Shown: positions 29,544 through 39,192 of the stretch, piece by piece | Numbering within the stretch: the stretch's first letter is position 1 | Layout of the letters: the number at the start of each line of letters is the position of its first letter | Virus record (IMG/VR): IMGVR_UViG_3300009151_000061 | Location: 1 to 64,000 of that record | DNA length: 64,000 bases | Origin: a virus | Reading direction: 5' to 3' (one strand) | Translations under genes and position numbers: made by a program | Notes under the pieces: model-generated | Told to the model about the DNA's origin: nothing | The model's input: the letters and a program-made list of their open reading frames with translations, nothing else | Databases searched by the model: none

Positions 29544-30227
29544 TTAATATTTATACATTTTTATATGTCTATTAGTATAGCTACATAATGGTTGGAGATT
29601 TGTATAATGATTTAATTTAATTATATCATCTTCTGCTTCTGCACTATCTAAAGGTATAATATGATCAACATCCCAACCATAATTTAATTCACCGCTTTTA
29701 AACTTACCATGATTTTCCCAATTCATCCATGATTCAAACTTAGATTCTAAATATAATTTGAAATCTTCAAAAGATATACCCAATATATCTTCCGTTTTAG
29801 AATTTTTAGTGTATCCATTTAATCTAAGCGAATTACCTATCATTCCACGACAAATTTGTTTTGTTTTAAATAATGGGTCTGACTTTTTCTTATTATATTG
29901 AGTTTTAGCATATTCACGATTTTTAATTGTTAATAACTCTCGGTTATTTTCTCTATATTCCTTTTGAATCAGTCTAACCTCTTCTTTATTCTCCAAATAA
30001 TATTTTGATTGATTCTCTCGTATTCTCTCTTTATTTTTAGAGTAATATTTCTTATCCGACTCAGATACAAATTCTATATTATCTATCCTATATTGTTTTT
30101 TATATTTATGAATTCTTTCCTTATTGTCAATAATATATTGTTTAGTACAAACTTTACATCTAGTTTGATTTTTATAAAAATCTTCTATTTCTTTAATTGA
30201 ATCACATATATAACATTTCTTTTCCAT
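29544..30227 (-). CDS. Free-standing HNH-type endonuclease
   Basis: CYIC..CKVC; WDVDHIIPL...NHYTNLQPLCS..NR. Confidence 0.8.
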   Translation of the reverse strand: MEKKCYICDSIKEIEDFYKNQTRCKVCTKQYIIDNKERIHKYKKQYRIDNIEFVSESDKKYYSKNKERIRENQSKYYLENKEEVRLIQKEYRENNRELLTIKNREYAKTQYNKKKSDPLFKTKQICRGMIGNSLRLNGYTKNSKTEDILGISFEDFKLYLESKFESWMNWENHGKFKSGELNYGWDVDHIIPLDSAEAEDDIIKLNHYTNLQPLCSYTNRHIKMYKY

Positions 30228-30262
30228 AATGTATATATTAAAAATTTAATAATCCCTGATTA

Positions 30263-30655
30263 TCAATAGTCTCTTATTATTTGGCTGTTGCTAAATTTGG
30301 ATAAACTGCCCAGTACATCATCTAATAAATCTGGGTCTTTGCGGAATTCGTTGTAAAAAATTAAAACATTGAAGTTATTATCTTCTCCTAATATCTTTCT
30401 AATATTTATTAGTTTCTCTATGGAGAACTCATTATCAAAATCGGGGACATAGTATATATCCTTATTCTTCTCAATTGCTTGTTGTATTTTTTGGAATATG
30501 ATTATTTTGAGATACGTTTTTTCCTTATCAAACGATATTTCTTCTTCCTCCATTATTTTTTTAATATCAATAATATATTTGTTCCTTATTCTATTTACCT
30601 TGACATACTTGTCTAGTTTTTTGCGTGTTTTAACATATACACAGAAGAAATCCAT
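30263..30655 (-). CDS. Hypothetical protein
   Basis: 130 aa ORF. Confidence 0.65.
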   Translation of the reverse strand: MDFFCVYVKTRKKLDKYVKVNRIRNKYIIDIKKIMEEEEISFDKEKTYLKIIIFQKIQQAIEKNKDIYYVPDFDNEFSIEKLINIRKILGEDNNFNVLIFYNEFRKDPDLLDDVLGSLSKFSNSQIIRDY

Positions 30656-30742
30656 AGCTCTTTTTCATTTTTTACAGAAGCCTAATGGCCTTTCCTGTAT
30701 CACAACTATATTTATCAAAAAACACAACCTTCCTCCTAATTT

Positions 30743-30782
30743 AAAATAGAATAAGACACTGAAAAGTGTCTTATTCTATTTT
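30743..30782 (-). terminator. Long hairpin / terminator after DHH gene
   Basis: AAAATAGAATAAGACACT-GAAA-AGTGTCTTATTCTATTTT. Confidence 0.7.
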
Positions 30783-32604
30783 ATTCAAAGTTTCCAATAA
30801 TCTTATTATTGTCTATATTCATTGAGAACCCTTTACCACCCTCACTTTTCTTAGGTTCAAACTTTGAATCAAACCCAGCTTTTATAAACTGATCTTTTGA
30901 TACTGGTTTAACGTCACCAGTTTTATCTTTTAAGAAATATTCAAAGTTTTCATTAGCAACATCAGCACTTAACTTAACATCACCGGTTTGATACTCAACT
31001 TCTTGACCATTTCTGATCGCGTCGATCTTAGCTTTCAATATGGTTAAGAACTCATCAGCAAATAATTTCATTACATCTGTATATTTATCGGTACCAAAGT
31101 ATCCTTTAAGTAAGTCATATCTACTTGACAAATAGTTAAGTCCTTGAATATTAGTTATTGAAGGGTGACCACCACTGTTAACTGTTATAATATCAAATAC
31201 TGGAATCTTCAATAATCCCATCATTGTTCTATCTCTATCAGTCCATTCAGAAAAAGGTTTGTCCATACAATCACGAACAATCTTAACAACCTGTCCACCT
31301 TGTGGGTCTTCTTCGTTGTTTAGATCTGGTATAGCAGTTGTTTTCATATCACCAGACTTTCTATTAGGTAACCACATTATTGATTTTGGATAGAAAGATT
31401 TTAAGTCACCAAATGTAAATCCAATTGGTTGATAAGCTTCACCGTATTTAGTTTTCATTTTAGCAACATCATCTTCACTAATTCTTTTAATATCAGAAAT
31501 AGGAACATAAAATCTTTTTAGTTTATCTTGATACTTAGCCAACATTTCTTGTGTGATAGCACCTAAATCTACCTTAGCTAGTTTCTTCTCCTTGAATGGG
31601 TTACATGAGACTTGAATAAGACCCATTGGGAAAATGGTACAAACGAATTCGGACTCAGGATTATTCTTAAATACGATATATCTATCATACGAACCTGGAT
31701 TCATTGCATAACCAATACCATATTGTTTAACAATCTTATAATCTTCATCATATTCAAGTTCTTTAGCATTTACTCTACTACCAATATACTTATCTAAGTT
31801 AGCTTTAAGATCTTCGACCGATGAAAGTTTTTTAGGAACATTATGCTTTCTTGCTGATTTATCATATTCTAAAGAAATCGCATTCTCCATATAATGTTTA
31901 ATATTCAAGAACATAGAAACTAATGACGGAGTTGAATCCATAACCAAACATTCCAAGAAGTTTTTATTATTATGTTCCCTTTTACCATCTAAACTAACAA
32001 CACTTATTCTCTTGTTTTTAAACACTAGAAGTAGTCTGTTTACAACAAACCCCATCATATATCTGTTTTTCTCACCAGATAGGTTTTTATTAACAGAGTA
32101 TATCATATTTTGAATATCTTCCGGTTTGATATCATACTTCAAGAAGTCAGCTGAGTCAACTGTTTTAACCAAGTCAATATCACTCTTCATGAATATATCC
32201 GAAGGAGATATTTCATCCGAAATAGTTTCCACGTTTGAACGACTTGGTTTAGCATATGATGAACCTGATGGTTCACCTGTTTGACCAGTGTGGTGATCGG
32301 TTGCTATGGTAAACATAGTCTTAAAGTGAGCAAAGTCCACAAGAACTGCCATTGAGTCTGGTCTTTTTTGCTTAATAGCATATTCCATACCACCATATTG
32401 TGTGATATGAGAATCAACCATCTTTAGTTTATATCTTTCAAGATAGCTTTTCATACCCAACGCTGAGCAAACTCCATCAAGATCCTGATGGAACCAGATT
32501 TCAAAATTGTTACTACCTGATTCAGCTTTGTGATCGGCGATTAGTTTTGTGATATTTCTTATACCAACCTCTTCATTTAGGAATTGATTATATTTCTTTA
32601 ACAT
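30781..32604 (-). CDS. DHH-family phosphoesterase
   Basis: FHQDLDG, VLVDF, TDHH, SGGH. Confidence 0.8.
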   Translation of the reverse strand: MLKKYNQFLNEEVGIRNITKLIADHKAESGSNNFEIWFHQDLDGVCSALGMKSYLERYKLKMVDSHITQYGGMEYAIKQKRPDSMAVLVDFAHFKTMFTIATDHHTGQTGEPSGSSYAKPSRSNVETISDEISPSDIFMKSDIDLVKTVDSADFLKYDIKPEDIQNMIYSVNKNLSGEKNRYMMGFVVNRLLLVFKNKRISVVSLDGKREHNNKNFLECLVMDSTPSLVSMFLNIKHYMENAISLEYDKSARKHNVPKKLSSVEDLKANLDKYIGSRVNAKELEYDEDYKIVKQYGIGYAMNPGSYDRYIVFKNNPESEFVCTIFPMGLIQVSCNPFKEKKLAKVDLGAITQEMLAKYQDKLKRFYVPISDIKRISEDDVAKMKTKYGEAYQPIGFTFGDLKSFYPKSIMWLPNRKSGDMKTTAIPDLNNEEDPQGGQVVKIVRDCMDKPFSEWTDRDRTMMGLLKIPVFDIITVNSGGHPSITNIQGLNYLSSRYDLLKGYFGTDKYTDVMKLFADEFLTILKAKIDAIRNGQEVEYQTGDVKLSADVANENFEYFLKDKTGDVKPVSKDQFIKAGFDSKFEPKKSEGGKGFSMNIDNNKIIGNFE

Positions 32605-32630
32605 AGTTATTTATTTATATTTTACCAATT

Positions 32631-33179
32631 TTATTCTTCGTCTTCTTCGTCAAATCCTTCTTCATCAAGGTCTTCTTCGTCTTCATTATAGTCAGAATGA
32701 ATGTCACCTTCTTCGTCAGTAAACATACCTTCACCTTCTTCATCTTCACTATCAACATTAATAGTTTCTTCGGTTACATTTTCATCAACCCATTTTTGAA
32801 GCATCTCACCCATATCAATACCCAACTCTTCTAAGTCAGCTAACATTTCATCAATATTAGCAAAATCTGCGTTTGATAAGTATGATTTTAAGTTAGGCAT
32901 TTCTTCCTGAATGAACTCAATAAACATTTGATAGTTTACCGCAATCTTATGCTCTTCACCATATTCGTCTTCAACCCAAACATCAAAGAAATCCATTTTA
33001 TCATCGACATCTAAATCGACATCTTGATCCATGTCTTGATCCATGTCATCTTCATGATCATAATCATCTGTTTCTTCATTATTAGTACCGTGTTCCCACT
33101 TAACCACTTTATATTGAGCACCAGAACCCATATCATCGTTTTCATCTTGGTACTCATTAAACTCTAAAATGTGTCTCAT
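32631..33179 (-). CDS. Acidic hypothetical protein (MRHILEFNE tag)
   Basis: D/E-rich ends. Confidence 0.7.
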   Translation of the reverse strand: MRHILEFNEYQDENDDMGSGAQYKVVKWEHGTNNEETDDYDHEDDMDQDMDQDVDLDVDDKMDFFDVWVEDEYGEEHKIAVNYQMFIEFIQEEMPNLKSYLSNADFANIDEMLADLEELGIDMGEMLQKWVDENVTEETINVDSEDEEGEGMFTDEEGDIHSDYNEDEEDLDEEGFDEEDEE

Positions 33180-33187
33180 ATATTTAT

Positions 33188-34576
33188 TTATTTTTTAAAC
33201 CCTTTTATAACACCCATATCCTTTTTTCTGTTATAAGTATCATCATCAAATGATGTATCAAAGAAGTTATCTGTATCAGTTACTATCTTTGTATCAGAAC
33301 TTATATTCCCAAAAGGACCTAGTTTACCACTACGAAATACTCCACCATACATATCAGCATTCAAATAACCATTCATAAAGAAACAATCATTTAACTCAGA
33401 AGCCTCAACACTAGTATTAAGTACTTTTGAGTTATTAATATTTGAACCATGTACTTTTGATTTAATAAGCTGTGAATCGTCTATCTCTGAATTTACAAAG
33501 TGACAGTTCTCAAATATACCATCACTAATACGACAGTTTATAAAATCATACCCTTTAATATTTTGTGTAGCTTTAATATTACCGTCTATAACCTCAATGG
33601 TTTGTGTCGTAGTTACATAGTTTATTATACAATCCTTTAAAGAATCAGTTGAATCAACCAGATTATATAGTTTTGGATATATTTTATCATAATAAGCGTT
33701 AACTACATCATAGTTATAGAACTGATCGATCTGTAATGATACAGTAGGGAAGTCAACAATAAAGTTGTCATACTTAGAGAAGTTCTTAAAATTACTGATG
33801 TTTAAGTCTAAATACTCTTCAAGCTTTTCTATATCTTGATTATTAAATGAAGCATCTATTGAATCATGTACATCAATAATAAATCTATCTAAGAAGTAAA
33901 GTATTTGACCTATATTCTTTTCGTAGTCTTTACCACCTATATAACGAAACTCTAATCTTTGAGTTTCTTTTGGATTGTTTATATGTAGAAAGTTTATACC
34001 ATAATACTTATCCTCTGGTAATCTTATGTTATTTTTGACAGAATCAATCGGGATATTATTGAAGTCATATTCCTTAAATGGTATAACCTTTTTAACTGTT
34101 TTTGCGTAAACATTATCCTTTCTTGAAGGAAAAACACGATAGATTTCATCTTCATCAACATTGAGTATAAGTTTTAACATATTCAAATCATTTAGATCCT
34201 TATCAAATTCCGGTAAGAATGATAGGTTAAAGTGAATAGAAGATTTCCCTGTTGTGTAACCATACATCTGAATAAATTTCAAGATCTTTATTAAATAAAA
34301 CTTACCTTCAAAATAAGACATAGGACCGGTTACCAACTCAACCATGTTAGCACCACCAGATAAGTCTGGTTCAATCTTAAAGTTTTCTGAATCGGGTGTA
34401 AAGTCAGAGTGATACTTCTTAAACCCCCATACCTTAACAGGTGCTAGGTACTGATTAAGGAGTTCCATAGTTTTATAATAAGACAAGTCCTTCATAAAAA
34501 ACTCAAACTCAAAACCACACCGGCTTTTCTTGAGAACGTCAGTATTATTAATGAAGGTTTCTGAATATTTTTTCAT
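33188..34576 (-). CDS. Putative amidoligase (COOH-NH2 ligase type 2) with C-terminal beta-helix repeats
   Basis: GFEFEF, EPD.S, ELVTGP, SIHFN, KYYGINF, LEFRYIGG; pentapeptide-like repeats. Confidence 0.7.
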   Translation of the reverse strand: MKKYSETFINNTDVLKKSRCGFEFEFFMKDLSYYKTMELLNQYLAPVKVWGFKKYHSDFTPDSENFKIEPDLSGGANMVELVTGPMSYFEGKFYLIKILKFIQMYGYTTGKSSIHFNLSFLPEFDKDLNDLNMLKLILNVDEDEIYRVFPSRKDNVYAKTVKKVIPFKEYDFNNIPIDSVKNNIRLPEDKYYGINFLHINNPKETQRLEFRYIGGKDYEKNIGQILYFLDRFIIDVHDSIDASFNNQDIEKLEEYLDLNISNFKNFSKYDNFIVDFPTVSLQIDQFYNYDVVNAYYDKIYPKLYNLVDSTDSLKDCIINYVTTTQTIEVIDGNIKATQNIKGYDFINCRISDGIFENCHFVNSEIDDSQLIKSKVHGSNINNSKVLNTSVEASELNDCFFMNGYLNADMYGGVFRSGKLGPFGNISSDTKIVTDTDNFFDTSFDDDTYNRKKDMGVIKGFKK

Positions 34577-34628
34577 ATTTACTATATATTAAAAAAATTC
34601 TATTGATTTTATTTCATATATTTGTAAT

Positions 34629-34985
34629 ATGAGATCATATAGTAAAATAAAAAGTTTTTTATGTCCTGTATTTAATATAGACGATGACTCTAAAAAGGAA
34701 CAAGTAAAATCTGCTATTATTAATATAATATCTGCGTCCAAACATCCAGTTAAGCTTAGTGATATATCATTTATTTTTCTTCAACAGAATATTCTATACC
34801 GGATTTATGATACTCATTTAAATGATCAAATTCATTTTGTATATGAAGGGGTTAAATCTCTTGTAAAAGAAAAAATAATTGTAGAAGACACATCTAAACA
34901 AAAATTCTTTGATGATGGTAACGTATTATATTCTTTACCAAAAGATATCAAAAGAGAAATTCTTTTAGATCAGTTACTATCTTAA
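34629..34985 (+). CDS. Hypothetical protein with C-terminal REILLDQLL
   Basis: ATG 4 nt after TATATTTG (34617-34624). Confidence 0.65.
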   Translation: MRSYSKIKSFLCPVFNIDDDSKKEQVKSAIINIISASKHPVKLSDISFIFLQQNILYRIYDTHLNDQIHFVYEGVKSLVKEKIIVEDTSKQKFFDDGNVLYSLPKDIKREILLDQLLS

Positions 34986-35386
34986 TATAAGTTATTAGAT
35001 CTAATCTTTATTTCAACCAAACTAACGTTATCTGTATTATTAAGTATATTATCGATTTTTTCATCCCTTCTACTTTGAAGTGATGGACTCAAAAGTATTT
35101 TATCTCTATCTAGTGTGAAATTTACAAATACTTGCATTGACATCAAATACCCAACTGGTATATTACTTTCTATATCCTCTGGTATTGATATACCACCCAT
35201 TATTCTATTAAAAGACGGACTATCTACTAATAGATTCCAAAAGGAGGGGGATATAACCATTTCCTCCAGTTTTATATTTTTCATCGAATACTCATTTTTG
35301 ATATAAATTATATCAGTAATGAATACCCTTAATATGTCCTGATAGCTATAGGACATTGAAGTTGATTCTAAATCGATTTCAATCAT
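34982..35386 (-). CDS. Hypothetical protein, weak HK97 capsid A-domain-like pattern, with RDEKIDNIL
   Basis: MVISPSFWNLL..SPSF...VGYLMSMQVFVNFTL. Confidence 0.55.
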   Translation of the reverse strand: MIEIDLESTSMSYSYQDILRVFITDIIYIKNEYSMKNIKLEEMVISPSFWNLLVDSPSFNRIMGGISIPEDIESNIPVGYLMSMQVFVNFTLDRDKILLSPSLQSRRDEKIDNILNNTDNVSLVEIKIRSNNLY

Positions 35387-35417
35387 TTGATTATTTGCTT
35401 GTTTTTTCGTATCTTTG
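35386..35417 (+). promoter_or_regulatory. Bacteroidota sigma-A type promoter (-33 TTTG / -7 TAnnTTTG)
   Basis: TTTG 35386-89, 20-nt spacer, TATCTTTG 35410-17. Confidence 0.65.
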
Positions 35418-35434
35418 TTAATATATATCTAAAG

Positions 35435-36343
35435 ATGAAACTAACCTCCGAAATTATATCTACAAATCTCTTACTGTTGGAAAAAGCTAAAAAAGATTTT
35501 CCATTATTAGTTAGTTATGAAAACTGTATCGACTACAGTGAGAAAGCTAAACTAAGACAGGAAATACTTGAATTTGGACTTGGACTATACCTTGAATTTA
35601 TAGACTTTGTTAAAGAAATGACTAATAAGGAACAGGAGATATTCTATCGTAGAAAGATTAAAAATCCTGAGTTCCAAGAAATCCTTTCAAAACAAGCCAA
35701 CGATGATGATGCTAAAAAGTCTTTTAAGAGCAAGGCTGCAAAATCATTTGAGAGCTTAATGAACTCTGATAAGTGGGAAGACTTTTCTGGGTATAGATCA
35801 AACTATCGTAGGAAAAGACGTAGGTGGGCAAATAACTTTTCTGGTTCAGACGCCATTGCTTCTAATTACATTATCCAAAATGAGTTGGAAATAAAAGACG
35901 AGTATTTACATAGAGTTTGTAAATGGTATCGGATGAAACTACCTCAAGTAGACCTTACAGTTCAAAATGAGATCAACAAAACCAAAGATCTAATATCTTT
36001 TATGATCTCAAAAATGAGCGACTCTGGTATTGACTTTAGAAGATTAAACTTTACTCACCTAACATCACAGTTAAGTGATGAGATAAAGAAGAAGATACTA
36101 ACTATTGATACTGATGAGAAAATAAAACTCATTGCTAATGATTTTATCCCCTCAGGATTCACACCCGGTATTTTCTATAATGTCATTGGTAAACAGTTAG
36201 CTACCGAAGAAGCTGGTGGAGGAAACATACTTATGGTAAATGTTAGAAATGATATGGATAAAAGTGTTTGGGTAAAGTATAGATATTTCGAAACAGTCTC
36301 TAATCTAAGAGATTCAGCATTAGATTTTTTATTAAATAGTTAA
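35435..36343 (+). CDS. Hypothetical protein with C-terminal RDSALDFLL
   Basis: Likely ATG 35435. Confidence 0.7.
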   Translation: MKLTSEIISTNLLLLEKAKKDFPLLVSYENCIDYSEKAKLRQEILEFGLGLYLEFIDFVKEMTNKEQEIFYRRKIKNPEFQEILSKQANDDDAKKSFKSKAAKSFESLMNSDKWEDFSGYRSNYRRKRRRWANNFSGSDAIASNYIIQNELEIKDEYLHRVCKWYRMKLPQVDLTVQNEINKTKDLISFMISKMSDSGIDFRRLNFTHLTSQLSDEIKKKILTIDTDEKIKLIANDFIPSGFTPGIFYNVIGKQLATEEAGGGNILMVNVRNDMDKSVWVKYRYFETVSNLRDSALDFLLNS

Positions 36344-36346
36344 TAT

Positions 36347-36832
36347 ATGACAAAGAACGAACAAATACAAAAAATAGTTGACCGTCTAGTTGAAGGAACA
36401 AAAGACGGTTCTGTTATATGGAAAAAAACAAATTCCATTTTTAACTCAGAAACCAAACACCAATACTCTACAACAACTGAGGATGGTAAAACAACGTTTA
36501 GATTTGATATTCATCTAAATAAAACCCTTCAAATCCAATCCGGATATAACTACATATATATGGATAATCAAGATTTAGTAGACGGAACACTCCAGATATC
36601 AGGTATCACATATACTGGTTTAGATAACTTACAAGTACTTATATACAATAATTGGATTAAAGCAACCTTACCTACTAAGAATGATGAATCAATAATATTG
36701 GATGGTATTCTTACCAATATTGGTGATAAACAATTAAGGAGAGATAGAGTCTTGGGTGAGATATTTGACGAAAAAACAGAACCAAAAGAAGAACCAAAAA
36801 AGAAATCGATCTGGCAGAGATTAGGATTATGA
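36347..36832 (+). CDS. Hypothetical protein with RRDRVLGEIF motif
   Basis: 161 aa ORF, coupled to neighbours. Confidence 0.7.
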   Translation: MTKNEQIQKIVDRLVEGTKDGSVIWKKTNSIFNSETKHQYSTTTEDGKTTFRFDIHLNKTLQIQSGYNYIYMDNQDLVDGTLQISGITYTGLDNLQVLIYNNWIKATLPTKNDESIILDGILTNIGDKQLRRDRVLGEIFDEKTEPKEEPKKKSIWQRLGL

Positions 36833-37434
36833 TAACTAAGAACGAAATAATAAAAGCATCTGGACTGCATCCAACTAGAGTAATAAATATTTACATTTTT
36901 GGATCCAGAGTATATGGTACTTCCGGTAGAGATTCTGATTGGGATATACTTATTGTTGCAAAAACTCCGAACCCCGAAGTTGAGCTAAAAACTGATAAGT
37001 TCAATATCCACATATTGAGTCCTGACCGTTTTCAGTCTAGTTTAGACTCTCATAATATTCGGAGTATAGAATGTATCATGGCACCTGAATGGGCTAAAAT
37101 TCAAGAGTTAAAACAGTTTAACTTTGAATTAAAGTTACCAAGTTTAAGACATTCTATTTCACATATAAGTAATAACAGTTGGGTAAAGTGTAAGAAGAAG
37201 TTACAACAGGATGATTACTATATTGGTATTAAATCAATATGGCATTCACTTAGAATACCTATGTTTGGTTCTCAAATAGCTCGTTGGGGAGAAATAAGGG
37301 ACTGGGATTGTGCAAATGATTTATGGGAAGAACTTAAATCCAAAAAATGGACTTGGCAAGAACTTGATGAAAGGTTCCGAAAGTCACACAATGAGATCTT
37401 ATCTGGGTTTAGAATTTTTGCGTCAAAACACTAA
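36829..37434 (+). CDS. Pol-beta superfamily nucleotidyltransferase
   Basis: IFGSRVYG...SDWDIL. Confidence 0.85.
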   Translation: MITKNEIIKASGLHPTRVINIYIFGSRVYGTSGRDSDWDILIVAKTPNPEVELKTDKFNIHILSPDRFQSSLDSHNIRSIECIMAPEWAKIQELKQFNFELKLPSLRHSISHISNNSWVKCKKKLQQDDYYIGIKSIWHSLRIPMFGSQIARWGEIRDWDCANDLWEELKSKKWTWQELDERFRKSHNEILSGFRIFASKH

Positions 37435-38201
37435 CTAATGGTTAACATTTTAGTTAATCCGTTTTCAATGAATAAGTACTCAACGGAAACAGTTTTACCT
37501 TCACTATAAATTTTACTAACAGTTGGTTTACTGTCTATCTTAATATTGTTGTTTATGACTACTGTTATCGAATCATAGTTAGCAAAGTAAATGATAGAAT
37601 CATTCTCATCCTCGTTTAGATAAACATTTATCTCACCTAACTTACCTTCTTTTCTAATCAAAGACTTTGAATTGTTTTCAAATTCAGTAAACCATTCAGA
37701 TTCTTTGATTATATCAAATATAAATGCCGGAACTATCATCCAACTACAATCATGTCCAAAATCTAAAATAGATTTAACTAGATTATCATCTGTATTTTTG
37801 TTGAAAATCTTTTTTAGTAAATTTTGTCTAAAAAATTTAAATGTACTCTTGACTATCTTTTTTGAAGACTTTAGTTCGGATATAAATGTTCTATTCACTG
37901 CTATGGAAGCACATTCACATATACATTTATTAGTAAATATTGTATTATTCTTAGGAACATCAGATATAACTAAATGATTATTAGAGCTCTTCTGAGTCTT
38001 AACGATAAGTCTATGTGGTTTTAACTTATAATCTATTCTTTCAGTTATTTCCCTAACAATATGACCTTCTTTCACAGTATTGGTTGTTTCTATACTACCT
38101 ACTGATTCTTCAACATATATTGTTTCTACTAACTGATTAACAACAGTTATTTTAGAAATCTTATTGATTATATTTTCTTCTTGATCTGTCTTAGTCAGCA
38201 T
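37431..38201 (-). CDS. Hypothetical protein, weak major-capsid-like pattern
   Basis: WMIVPAFIFDII..SEWF...EGKLGEINVYLN. Confidence 0.5.
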   Translation of the reverse strand: MLTKTDQEENIINKISKITVVNQLVETIYVEESVGSIETTNTVKEGHIVREITERIDYKLKPHRLIVKTQKSSNNHLVISDVPKNNTIFTNKCICECASIAVNRTFISELKSSKKIVKSTFKFFRQNLLKKIFNKNTDDNLVKSILDFGHDCSWMIVPAFIFDIIKESEWFTEFENNSKSLIRKEGKLGEINVYLNEDENDSIIYFANYDSITVVINNNIKIDSKPTVSKIYSEGKTVSVEYLFIENGLTKMLTIS

Positions 38202-38793
38202 TATTGAAACCTAAGTCTTTAGCTCTTTGTAAAAACTTCTCTGATATTTGAGAAAGTTTATTCGAGTAGTTTAAATATCTGCCGTCATTTTGCATTTGAT
38301 TCGCAACTAATCCTCTTAGATTAGCTTCATTTGGATCTTTAACTCTTAAAGTATATGTTTCTAATAAATCAATAAACCTTTCATCTTCACTATATGTCTC
38401 AAGAAAAGACTTAATCTTTTTAACCTGTGGTAAATGTTCTTGTAAAAGTTTTGGCCTTTTAGACTTCTCAACAATCTCATCTATTCTTTTATCAATGCTT
38501 CTCCAATCATTACTTTCAGATTTTAGAGATTCTAATGTTTGGATTTGTTCATCTGATTTCTTACCATCCATTAAATCAAGAAGAGCCTCAACAAACATTT
38601 CCTTACCAGCAATACCAATTGAGCTATTCAATAACTCAGCTCTTGCCGAACCATATGATCTAATAGATAATAGATTATCCATAAGTTTTAATATACCAAC
38701 CTTTAATTCATTAATCTCTTGTTGTTGCTTAGAGATTTCAATCTTTGGCTCTTCATTAACCTTTTGTCCTGTTATACTACTAAATTTTTTCAT
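38191..38793 (-). CDS. Hypothetical protein
   Basis: 200 aa ORF; late motif at 38817. Confidence 0.7.
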   Translation of the reverse strand: MKKFSSITGQKVNEEPKIEISKQQQEINELKVGILKLMDNLLSIRSYGSARAELLNSSIGIAGKEMFVEALLDLMDGKKSDEQIQTLESLKSESNDWRSIDKRIDEIVEKSKRPKLLQEHLPQVKKIKSFLETYSEDERFIDLLETYTLRVKDPNEANLRGLVANQMQNDGRYLNYSNKLSQISEKFLQRAKDLGFNNAD

Positions 38794-38824
38794 TTATTTA
38801 TAGTTGTTATTTGTACTATATATT

Positions 38825-38857
38825 AAAAAAGAAACTCCATATTTTCATATGGAGTTT
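38825..38857 (-). terminator. Intrinsic terminator after Hc1-like gene
   Basis: AAACTCCATAT-TTTC-ATATGGAGTTT with T-tract on minus strand. Confidence 0.7.
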
Positions 38858-38864
38858 TATTTAC

Positions 38865-39095
38865 CTAAAGGTTTGCTTTATAATCTTGAACATCATCTCT
38901 GACTTCCTCAGCGGTTCTTCTAAGAAGTTGCATAAACTTTCTAACTCTTACACCAGCTGTTTTATTACCCTTAATGAAAAACTTTTCGAAATCATCTTTT
39001 AACCTCACTTTCTTACCATCAATATCGATCTCTTCGGTTAATATCTTCAATAACTCGTCATATTTATCGAGATATTCATACATTTCATTATTCAT
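38865..39095 (-). CDS. Histone H1-like (Hc1 family) small protein
   Basis: DFEKF..KGNKTAGVRVRKFMQ.L...A.EVR..VQ. Confidence 0.75.
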   Translation of the reverse strand: MNNEMYEYLDKYDELLKILTEEIDIDGKKVRLKDDFEKFFIKGNKTAGVRVRKFMQLLRRTAEEVRDDVQDYKANL

Positions 39096-39192
39096 ATACT
39101 ATTTTATTTTTTAGTATATATAGAATTTTTAAATTTTCCTCGCTTTAAATTTTAATCAACTTACCTTTTTAATTATCTCTTCATAAACCAGA

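Noticed and set aside
30673-30700. Bulged hairpin in the 5' leader of the 30655 gene
   Set aside because: Short, single copy and matches no RNA family I can recognise.
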